From: Escherichia coli
Lineage (GTDB): Bacteria; Pseudomonadota; Gammaproteobacteria; Enterobacterales; Enterobacteriaceae
Reading direction: 5' to 3' (one strand)
Assembly (NCBI RefSeq): GCF_024223415.1
Contig: NZ_CP100500.1
Length of the DNA: 64,000 bases
Part shown: positions 56,423 to 64,000 of the stretch, in pieces
Numbering within the stretch: the stretch's first letter is position 1
Layout of the letters: each line of letters begins with the position of its first letter
Program-made: the position numbers and the translations under genes
The notes under the pieces: model-generated
Databases searched by the model: none
Seen by the model: the letters and a program-made list of their open reading frames with translations, nothing else
What the model was told of the DNA's origin: nothing

Positions 56423-57285
56423 CGCTGTGTCTCCAGCCAGTTCAGCCACTGGTCCATCCCTTCGCCGCTGGTGGCGGAAATAAGGATGATTTCAATTTCT
56501 GGATTGACTTCGCGGGCGCAGGCGATGCACTTCTCAACGTCAAAGTTAAGATACGGCAGCAGGTCAACTTTGTTGAGCAGCATTAGCGAGGCGGCGGCAA
56601 ACATATGCGGATATTTCAGCGGTTTGTCTTCACCTTCGGTAACGGAAAGCACCGCCACTTTGTGTTTTTCACCGAGATCGAAGCTGGCCGGGCATACGAG
56701 GTTGCCAACGTTTTCGATAAACAGAATACCGTTATCGTCCAGTGGCAGGCGCGGTGCGGCGTCGGCAATCATCTGTGCGTCAAGATGGCAGCCTTTACCG
56801 GTATTCACCTGAATCGCTGGTGTGCCGGTAGCGCGAATGCGTGCGGCATCGTTCACGGTTTGCTGATCGCCTTCAATAACCGCGCACGGAACGCTGTCTT
56901 TCAGGCGCATTAAGGTTTCCGTCAGCAGGGTGGTTTTACCGGAACCTGGGCTGGAAACCAGGTTGAGCACCAGTTGCTTGCGGGCAGCAAAGCGCGCGCG
57001 GTTGCGTTCAGCCAGACGGTTATTTTTGTCCAGCACGTCAATTTCGACTTCCAGCATCCGACGCTGGCTCATGCCCGGTGCGTGAGTGCCCGCTTCGCCA
57101 TGACCGTAATGCAGGTCGCCTTCTTCAGTCTGGCTGGGGGTAAATTCAGGCGCTTTAATTCCGGTGATTTTCATCTTCGGGCGTGCCGCCGGGGCAAATG
57201 GCGCGCTACGAAACGCGGAATGAGGGTTATGTTCATCACCCTCGATATACAGGTTGCCTTCACCGCAACCGCATGTTGTACACAT
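56413..57285 (-). CDS. hypB: Hydrogenase nickel-incorporation GTPase HypB
   Basis: 290-aa ORF; [11 protein letters not shown]-terminus, His-rich stretch, P-loop GSGKTT. Confidence 0.96.
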   Translation of the reverse strand: MCTTCGCGEGNLYIEGDEHNPHSAFRSAPFAPAARPKMKITGIKAPEFTPSQTEEGDLHYGHGEAGTHAPGMSQRRMLEVEIDVLDKNNRLAERNRARFAARKQLVLNLVSSPGSGKTTLLTETLMRLKDSVPCAVIEGDQQTVNDAARIRATGTPAIQVNTGKGCHLDAQMIADAAPRLPLDDNGILFIENVGNLVCPASFDLGEKHKVAVLSVTEGEDKPLKYPHMFAAASLMLLNKVDLLPYLNFDVEKCIACAREVNPEIEIILISATSGEGMDQWLNWLETQRCA

Positions 57286-57288
57286 CGC

Positions 57289-57639
57289 TCACTCCTGGTC
57301 TATTTCTATCCGCCGAATCTGTAAACCGTCGTCTGCCACAATCTGTAGCATGTCACCATGACACTGTGGACAGCGGCGGACGCGCTGGGTCAGTAGCGTC
57401 ACATACTGTTGGCATGTTTCACACCAGCATTCGGCCTCTTGTTCTTCGAGGTGCAGTTTACAACCTTCCGCCACGCTGCCGCGGCAAACCAGATCAAAAC
57501 AAAAGGCAAGAGAGCTGGTTTCGACACAAGAAAATGCGCCAATTTTGAGCCAGACCCCAGTTACGCGTTTTGCGCCGTGTTTTGCGGCCTGCTGTTCGAT
57601 CAATTCCAGTGCCCGTTGGCAGAGGGTTATTTCGTGCAT
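57289..57639 (-). CDS. hypA: Hydrogenase nickel-incorporation protein HypA
   Basis: ORF-track start 57651; preferred ATG 57639 (MHEITLCQRALEL) giving 116 aa; zinc-site CxxC...CxxC. Confidence 0.95.
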   Translation of the reverse strand: MHEITLCQRALELIEQQAAKHGAKRVTGVWLKIGAFSCVETSSLAFCFDLVCRGSVAEGCKLHLEEQEAECWCETCQQYVTLLTQRVRRCPQCHGDMLQIVADDGLQIRRIEIDQE

Positions 57640-57850
57640 ATCGCCTCCCATTAACTATGGCTAGCCACAAGCAATAATTGTGCCAGTATTGATTATCCCT
57701 GCGGTGAATAATGTCGATGATGTCGAAATGACACGTCGACACGGCGACGAAATTCATCTTTAGCTTAAAAATCGTTTTAATAACAATGAATTAAAAGTTG
57801 GCACAGAAAATGCTTAAAGCTGGCATCTCTGTTAAACGGGTAACCTGACA

Positions 57851-58312
57851 ATGACTATTTGGGAAATAAGCGAGAAAGCCGATTACATCGCACAGCGGCA
57901 TCGTCGCCTACAGGACCAGTGGCACAACTACTGCAATTCGCTGGTTCAGGGGATCACGTTATCGAAAGCGCGCCTGCATCACGCCATGAGCTGCGCGCCG
58001 GACAAAGAACTCTGTTTCGTCCTTTTTGAACATTTTCGTATTTACGTCACCCTGGCGGATGGCTTTAACAGCCACACCATCGAGTATTACGTCGAAACAA
58101 AAGAGGGCGAAGACAAACAGCGGATTGCGCAGGCGCAACTGAGCATTGACGGCATGATTGATGGCAAGGTCAACATCCGCGATCGCGAACAGGTTCTGGA
58201 ACACTATCTCGAAAAAATCGCTGGCGTTTACGACAGCTTATACACCGCCATTGAAAACAATGTGCCGGTGAATTTAAGCCAACTGGTAAAGGGACAAAGC
58301 CCGGCAGCATGA
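57851..58312 (+). CDS. hycA: Formate hydrogenlyase regulatory protein HycA
   Basis: 153-aa ORF divergent from hypA; synteny. Confidence 0.9.
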   Translation: MTIWEISEKADYIAQRHRRLQDQWHNYCNSLVQGITLSKARLHHAMSCAPDKELCFVLFEHFRIYVTLADGFNSHTIEYYVETKEGEDKQRIAQAQLSIDGMIDGKVNIRDREQVLEHYLEKIAGVYDSLYTAIENNVPVNLSQLVKGQSPAA

Positions 58313-58436
58313 GCTGAGGCTTTGCCCGTTTTGCAGGCGTTACGCCTGTTTGGGGATGGGCGTGTCGATGAGTGTCGAAAATGACATTTCATCGGCATGT
58401 TTTCGTCAAAAATGACAATCACCTGAGGAATGCCTG

Positions 58437-59048
58437 GTGAATCGTTTTGTAATTGCTGACTCCACGCTCTGTATCGGCTGCCACACTTGTGAGGCCGCCT
58501 GTTCAGAGACGCATCGCCAGCACGGCCTGCAATCAATGCCGCGCCTGAGAGTGATGCTGAATGAAAAAGAATCTGCGCCGCAGCTCTGTCACCACTGTGA
58601 AGATGCACCCTGCGCGGTGGTCTGCCCGGTTAACGCCATCACCCGCGTTGATGGGGCCGTGCAGTTGAATGAAAGCCTGTGCGTAAGCTGCAAGCTGTGC
58701 GGCATCGCCTGCCCGTTTGGCGCAATTGAATTTTCCGGCAGCCGTCCGCTGGATATTCCTGCAAATGCCAATACCCCGAAAGCGCCACCGGCACCGCCTG
58801 CTCCGGCGCGTATCAGTACGCTGCTTGACTGGGTGCCGGGTATTCGCGCGATCGCCGTCAAATGTGACCTTTGCAGTTTTGATGAACAAGGTCCGGCCTG
58901 CGTGCGGATGTGCCCGACTAAAGCCCTGCATCTGGTGGATAACACCGATATCGCCCGCGTCAGCAAACGTAAGCGTGAGCTGACCTTTAATACGGACTTT
59001 GGCGATCTCACCTTGTTTCAGCAGGCTCAAAGTGGAGAGGCTAAATGA
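58437..59048 (+). CDS. hycB: Formate hydrogenlyase subunit 2 (4Fe-4S ferredoxin-type)
   Basis: 203-aa ORF with multiple CxxCxxCxxxCP motifs. Confidence 0.95.
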   Translation: MNRFVIADSTLCIGCHTCEAACSETHRQHGLQSMPRLRVMLNEKESAPQLCHHCEDAPCAVVCPVNAITRVDGAVQLNESLCVSCKLCGIACPFGAIEFSGSRPLDIPANANTPKAPPAPPAPARISTLLDWVPGIRAIAVKCDLCSFDEQGPACVRMCPTKALHLVDNTDIARVSKRKRELTFNTDFGDLTLFQQAQSGEAK

Positions 59049-60871
59049 GCGCAATTTCCCTGATCAATAGCGGCGTGGCGTGGTTTGTCGCCGCCGCTGT
59101 TCTGGCATTTCTCTTTTCTTTTCAAAAGGCGCTAAGCGGCTGGATAGCCGGAATTGGCGGCGCGGTTGGTAGCCTGTATACGGCAGCCGCGGGCTTCACT
59201 GTGCTGACTGGCGCGGTTGGCGTGAGCGGTGCGCTGTCGCTGGTAAGCTACGATGTGCAAATCTCTCCGCTTAACGCGATTTGGCTGATTACGCTCGGTC
59301 TGTGCGGTCTGTTTGTCAGCCTCTACAACATTGACTGGCATCGCCACGCGCAGGTGAAGTGCAACGGCTTGCAGATCAATATGTTGATGGCTGCCGCCGT
59401 CTGCGCCGTCATCGCCAGCAACCTCGGCATGTTCGTGGTAATGGCTGAAGTCATGGCCTTGTGTGCGGTGTTCCTTACCAGCAACAGCAAAGAGGGCAAA
59501 CTGTGGTTTGCGCTGGGGCGTCTTGGCACTCTGCTGCTGGCGATTGCTTGCTGGCTGCTGTGGCAACGTTATGGCACGCTGGATCTGCGCCTGCTGGATA
59601 TGCGTATGCAACAGCTGCCGCTCGGTTCCGATATCTGGCTGCTCGGTGTGATTGGCTTTGGCCTGCTGGCCGGGATTATTCCGCTGCACGGCTGGGTGCC
59701 GCAGGCACATGCTAACGCCTCTGCGCCAGCTGCCGCGTTGTTTTCTACGGTAGTCATGAAAATTGGCCTGCTGGGCATTTTAACCCTGTCGCTGCTGGGT
59801 GGTAACGCGCCGCTGTGGTGGGGGATCGCGCTGCTGGTGCTCGGCATGATCACCGCGTTCGTCGGCGGTCTGTATGCGTTGATGGAACACAATATCCAGC
59901 GTCTACTGGCTTACCACACCCTGGAAAATATCGGCATTATCCTGCTGGGGCTGGGCGCTGGCGTAACGGGTATCGCGCTAGAACAACCGGCGCTGATTGC
60001 TCTTGGCCTGGTCGGTGGTCTGTACCATCTGCTTAACCATAGCCTGTTCAAAAGCGTACTGTTCCTCGGGGCGGGGAGCGTCTGGTTCCGTACCGGTCAT
60101 CGCGATATCGAAAAACTCGGTGGTATTGGCAAGAAAATGCCGGTTATCTCCATCGCCATGTTAGTCGGGCTGATGGCAATGGCTGCGCTGCCGCCGCTGA
60201 ACGGGTTTGCCGGGGAATGGGTTATCTATCAATCCTTTTTCAAACTGAGCAATAGTGGCGCGTTTGTTGCCCGTCTGCTGGGGCCGCTGCTCGCTGTGGG
60301 TCTGGCAATTACCGGTGCGCTGGCGGTGATGTGTATGGCGAAAGTCTATGGCGTCACGTTCCTCGGCGCGCCGCGTACCAAAGAAGCCGAAAACGCCACC
60401 TGTGCACCGCTCCTGATGAGCGTAAGCGTAGTGGCACTGGCGATTTGCTGCGTAATTGGCGGTGTTGCTGCGCCGTGGCTACTGCCGATGCTCTCTGCTG
60501 CTGTACCTCTGCCGCTGGAGCCTGCTAACACCACCGTTTCTCAACCGATGATCACGTTGCTGCTGATTGCCTGCCCGCTGCTGCCATTCATCATTATGGC
60601 GATTTGCAAAGGCGATCGTTTGCCATCGCGTTCCCGCGGCGCGGCCTGGGTGTGCGGCTACGACCACGAAAAATCAATGGTGATTACCGCTCACGGTTTT
60701 GCCATGCCGGTGAAACAGGCGTTTGCGCCGGTGCTGAAACTGCGCAAATGGCTGAATCCGGTGTCGCTGGTGCCGGGCTGGCAGTGCGAAGGCAGTGCGT
60801 TGCTGTTCCGCCGGATGGCGCTGGTTGAACTGGCGGTACTGGTGGTGATTATTGTTTCACGAGGAGCCTGA
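59045..60871 (+). CDS. hycC: Formate hydrogenlyase subunit 3 (membrane, NuoL-like)
   Basis: 608-aa polytopic membrane protein; overlaps hycB stop. Confidence 0.95.
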   Translation: MSAISLINSGVAWFVAAAVLAFLFSFQKALSGWIAGIGGAVGSLYTAAAGFTVLTGAVGVSGALSLVSYDVQISPLNAIWLITLGLCGLFVSLYNIDWHRHAQVKCNGLQINMLMAAAVCAVIASNLGMFVVMAEVMALCAVFLTSNSKEGKLWFALGRLGTLLLAIACWLLWQRYGTLDLRLLDMRMQQLPLGSDIWLLGVIGFGLLAGIIPLHGWVPQAHANASAPAAALFSTVVMKIGLLGILTLSLLGGNAPLWWGIALLVLGMITAFVGGLYALMEHNIQRLLAYHTLENIGIILLGLGAGVTGIALEQPALIALGLVGGLYHLLNHSLFKSVLFLGAGSVWFRTGHRDIEKLGGIGKKMPVISIAMLVGLMAMAALPPLNGFAGEWVIYQSFFKLSNSGAFVARLLGPLLAVGLAITGALAVMCMAKVYGVTFLGAPRTKEAENATCAPLLMSVSVVALAICCVIGGVAAPWLLPMLSAAVPLPLEPANTTVSQPMITLLLIACPLLPFIIMAICKGDRLPSRSRGAAWVCGYDHEKSMVITAHGFAMPVKQAFAPVLKLRKWLNPVSLVPGWQCEGSALLFRRMALVELAVLVVIIVSRGA

Positions 60872-60873
60872 GA

Positions 60874-61797
60874 ATGAGTGTTTTATATCCGTTAATTCAG
60901 GCGCTGGTGTTATTTGCCGTTGCGCCGCTGCTCTCCGGTATTACCCGCGTGGCGCGCGCCCGTCTGCATAACCGTCGTGGGCCGGGTGTGTTGCAGGAGT
61001 ATCGTGACATTTTCAAACTGCTGGGCCGCCAGAGCGTTGGCCCGGATGCCTCCGGCTGGGTGTTCCGCCTGACGCCGTATGTGATGGTGGGCGTCATGCT
61101 GACTATCGCTACTGCGCTGCCGGTGGTGACCGTCGGTTCTCCGCTGCCGCAGCTGGGTGATTTGATCACCTTACTGTATCTCTTTGCCATAGCGCGTTTC
61201 TTCTTTGCCATTTCTGGTCTGGATACCGGTAGCCCGTTTACCGCTATCGGCGCGAGCCGTGAAGCGATGCTGGGTGTGCTAGTCGAGCCGATGTTGTTGC
61301 TTGGTCTGTGGGTTGCCGCGCAGGTTGCTGGTTCCACCAACATCAGCAACATCACCGACACCGTTTATCACTGGCCGCTGAGCCAGAGTATCCCGCTGGT
61401 GCTGGCGCTTTGTGCCTGTGCGTTCGCCACTTTTATCGAAATGGGCAAACTGCCGTTCGACCTGGCGGAAGCCGAGCAGGAGTTGCAGGAAGGTCCGCTC
61501 TCTGAGTACAGCGGCAGCGGCTTTGGCGTCATGAAATGGGGTATCAGCCTGAAACAGTTGGTGGTGCTGCAGATGTTCGTCGGGGTGTTTATTCCGTGGG
61601 GACAAATGGAAACCTTCACCGTCGGTGGGCTGCTGCTGGCGTTGGTGATTGCCATCGTCAAACTGGTGGTCGGCGTCCTGGTTATCGCGCTGTTCGAAAA
61701 CAGCATGGCCCGTCTGCGTCTTGATATTACTCCGCGCATTACCTGGGCTGGGTTTGGCTTTGCATTTTTAGCGTTCGTCTCCTTGCTGGCGGCGTGA
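60874..61797 (+). CDS. hycD: Formate hydrogenlyase subunit 4 (membrane, NuoH-like)
   Basis: 307-aa membrane protein. Confidence 0.95.
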   Translation: MSVLYPLIQALVLFAVAPLLSGITRVARARLHNRRGPGVLQEYRDIFKLLGRQSVGPDASGWVFRLTPYVMVGVMLTIATALPVVTVGSPLPQLGDLITLLYLFAIARFFFAISGLDTGSPFTAIGASREAMLGVLVEPMLLLGLWVAAQVAGSTNISNITDTVYHWPLSQSIPLVLALCACAFATFIEMGKLPFDLAEAEQELQEGPLSEYSGSGFGVMKWGISLKQLVVLQMFVGVFIPWGQMETFTVGGLLLALVIAIVKLVVGVLVIALFENSMARLRLDITPRITWAGFGFAFLAFVSLLAA

Positions 61798-61814
61798 TTA
61801 AAGAGAGTTTGAGC

Positions 61815-63524
61815 ATGTCTGAAGAAAAATTAGGTCAACATTATCTCGCCGCGCTGAATGAGGCATTTCCGGGCGTCGTGCTGGACCACGCCTGGCAGAC
61901 CAAAGATCAGCTGACTGTCACCGTAAAGGTGAACTACCTGCCGGAAGTGGTGGAGTTTCTTTACTACAAACAGGGTGGCTGGCTGTCGGTGCTGTTTGGT
62001 AACGACGAACGCAAACTGAATGGTCATTACGCCGTTTATTACGTGCTGTCGATGGAGAAGGGCACCAAGTGTTGGGTAACGGTTCGCGTCGAAGTTGATG
62101 CCAACAAACCGGAGTATCCGTCCGTGACGCCGCGCGTTCCGGCGGCGGTGTGGGGCGAGCGCGAAGTGCGCGATATGTACGGTTTGATTCCGGTAGGGCT
62201 GCCGGATGAACGCCGTCTGGTGCTGCCGGATGACTGGCCGGATGAACTTTATCCGCTGCGTAAAGACAGCATGGATTATCGTCAACGTCCGGCACCGACC
62301 ACCGATGCTGAAACCTACGAGTTCATCAACGAACTGGGCGACAAGAAAAACAACGTCGTGCCGATTGGTCCGCTGCACGTTACTTCTGACGAACCGGGTC
62401 ACTTCCGTCTGTTCGTCGATGGCGAAAACATTATCGACGCCGACTACCGTCTGTTCTACGTCCATCGCGGCATGGAAAAACTGGCGGAAACCCGTATGGG
62501 TTACAACGAAGTGACCTTCCTCTCTGACCGTGTGTGCGGGATCTGCGGCTTCGCCCACAGCACCGCCTACACCACGTCGGTGGAAAACGCGATGGGTATT
62601 CAGGTGCCAGAACGTGCGCAGATGATCCGCGCCATTCTGCTGGAGGTGGAACGCCTGCACTCGCATCTGCTCAACCTCGGCCTGGCCTGTCACTTTACCG
62701 GCTTTGACTCCGGCTTTATGCAGTTCTTCCGCGTGCGTGAAACCTCCATGAAAATGGCAGAGATCCTTACCGGTGCGCGTAAAACCTACGGCCTGAACTT
62801 GATCGGCGGGATTCGTCGCGATCTGCTGAAAGACGACATGAACCAGACCCGCCAGCTGGCACAACAGATGCGTCGTGAAGTGCAGGAGCTGGTGGATGTG
62901 CTGTTGAGTACGCCGAACATGGAACAGCGCACTGTCGGCATTGGTCGTCTGGACCCGGAAATCGCCCGCGACTTCAGTAACGTCGGCCCGATGGTCCGCG
63001 CCAGCGGTCACGCCCGCGATACCCGTGCCGATCACCCGTTTGTCGGTTATGGCCTGCTGCCGATGGAAGTGCACAGCGAGCAGGGCTGCGACGTTATTTC
63101 CCGTCTGAAAGTGCGTATCAATGAAGTCTATACCGCGCTGAACATGATCGACTACGGTCTGGATAACCTGCCGGGCGGTCCGCTGATGGTGGAAGGCTTT
63201 ACCTACATTCCGCACCGCTTTGCGCTGGGCTTTGCCGAAGCGCCGCGCGGCGATGATATTCACTGGAGCATGACCGGCGACAACCAGAAGCTGTTCCGCT
63301 GGCGCTGCCGTGCCGCGACCTACGCGAACTGGCCGACCCTGCGCTACATGCTGCGCGGCAACACCGTTTCCGATGCGCCGCTGATTATCGGTAGCCTGGA
63401 CCCTTGCTACTCCTGTACCGACCGCATGACCGTGGTCGATGTGCGTAAGAAGAAGAGCAAAGTGGTGCCGTACAAAGAACTCGAGCGTTACAGCATTGAG
63501 CGTAAAAACTCGCCGCTGAAATAA
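61815..63524 (+). CDS. hycE: Formate hydrogenlyase large subunit (hydrogenase 3, [NiFe])
   Basis: ORF-track start 61794; preferred ATG 61815 (MSEEKLGQHY) giving 569 aa; NiFe ligand motifs RVCGICG and DPCYSCTDR. Confidence 0.96.
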   Translation: MSEEKLGQHYLAALNEAFPGVVLDHAWQTKDQLTVTVKVNYLPEVVEFLYYKQGGWLSVLFGNDERKLNGHYAVYYVLSMEKGTKCWVTVRVEVDANKPEYPSVTPRVPAAVWGEREVRDMYGLIPVGLPDERRLVLPDDWPDELYPLRKDSMDYRQRPAPTTDAETYEFINELGDKKNNVVPIGPLHVTSDEPGHFRLFVDGENIIDADYRLFYVHRGMEKLAETRMGYNEVTFLSDRVCGICGFAHSTAYTTSVENAMGIQVPERAQMIRAILLEVERLHSHLLNLGLACHFTGFDSGFMQFFRVRETSMKMAEILTGARKTYGLNLIGGIRRDLLKDDMNQTRQLAQQMRREVQELVDVLLSTPNMEQRTVGIGRLDPEIARDFSNVGPMVRASGHARDTRADHPFVGYGLLPMEVHSEQGCDVISRLKVRINEVYTALNMIDYGLDNLPGGPLMVEGFTYIPHRFALGFAEAPRGDDIHWSMTGDNQKLFRWRCRAATYANWPTLRYMLRGNTVSDAPLIIGSLDPCYSCTDRMTVVDVRKKKSKVVPYKELERYSIERKNSPLK

Positions 63525-63533
63525 GGAATCGCC

Positions 63534-64000
63534 ATGTTTACCTTTATCAAAAAAGTCATCAAAACCGGCACGGCGACCTCGTCTTATCCGCTGGAGCCGA
63601 TTGCGGTTGATAAAAACTTCCGTGGTAAGCCAGAGCAGAACCCGCAGCAGTGCATCGGCTGCGCGGCCTGCGTCAATGCCTGCCCGTCAAACGCCTTAAC
63701 GGTTGAAACTGACCTCGCCACAGGAGAGCTGGCCTGGGAGTTTAATCTCGGGCGCTGCATCTTCTGTGGACGCTGCGAAGAAGTTTGCCCGACGGCGGCA
63801 ATCAAACTGTCGCAAGAGTACGAACTGGCGGTGTGGAAGAAAGAAGACTTCCTGCAACAGTCCCGCTTCGCGCTGTGCAACTGTCGCGTCTGCAATCGTC
63901 CTTTCGCCGTCCAGAAAGAGATCGACTACGCCATTGCTCTGCTTAAGCACAATGGTGACAGCCGCGCGGAAAACCACCGCGAAAGCTTTGAGACTTGCCC
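63534..64000 (+). CDS. hycF: Formate hydrogenlyase subunit 6 (4Fe-4S), 3'-truncated at window edge
   Basis: ATG at 63534 after hycE stop; MFTFIKKVIKTG... with CIGCAACVNACP and CIFCGRCEEVCP ferredoxin motifs; not in ORF track because no stop lies within the window. Confidence 0.9.
   Translation, partial: MFTFIKKVIKTGTATSSYPLEPIAVDKNFRGKPEQNPQQCIGCAACVNACPSNALTVETDLATGELAWEFNLGRCIFCGRCEEVCPTAAIKLSQEYELAVWKKEDFLQQSRFALCNCRVCNRPFAVQKEIDYAIALLKHNGDSRAENHRESFETC

Noticed and set aside
61830-63263. 477-aa minus-strand ORF antisense to hycE, and similar long antisense ORFs in cysJ (19815-20516), cysI (21167-21829), ygcU (11789-12715) and hycC (59132-59710)
   Set aside because: They are antisense to strongly supported conserved genes with no family resemblance; typical of GC-rich E. 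coli coding regions.

Overview
This window is an Escherichia coli-type chromosomal segment (eno to hycF), in the opposite orientation to the K-12 map as I recall it. The backbone is conserved housekeeping: eno, queE, queD, cysJIH, cysDNC, ygbE-ftsB-ispDF-truD-surE-pcm-nlpD-rpoS, pphB-mutS, ygbA, fhlA, hypABCDE and hycABCDEF. A complete type I-E CRISPR-Cas locus is present: cas3, Cascade genes cse1-cse2-cas7e-cas5e-cas6e, cas1-cas2, and an array of 14 repeats plus a degenerate terminal repeat at 32460-33342. A second array of 12 repeats at 6060-6759 and a degenerate remnant at 7215-7352 lie between queE and ygcE. The regions I consider accessory or unusual are: (1) a lemA plus three tandem TPM-domain membrane-protein paralogs between queE and eno, all ending in an almost identical Gly/Ser tail (…SGRW); this is my best candidate for an under-described system. 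(2) The ygc catabolic island of unknown substrate, with a perfect CRP site and a strong leader terminator upstream of ygcW and a GlpP-like antiterminator gene in the cluster. (3) An intact hok-family toxin ORF between cysH and cas3. (4) A MarR-type regulator plus a UbiX/UbiD/small-subunit decarboxylase cluster between rpoS and pphB, where K-12 carries different genes. (5) A tandem TOBE (Mop-like) gene between ygbA and fhlA. No transposase, integrase or prophage genes were seen. All calls rest on reading the sequence and the ORF translations and on recall of protein families; no database search was run. Gene symbols follow K-12 naming where I recognise the protein.
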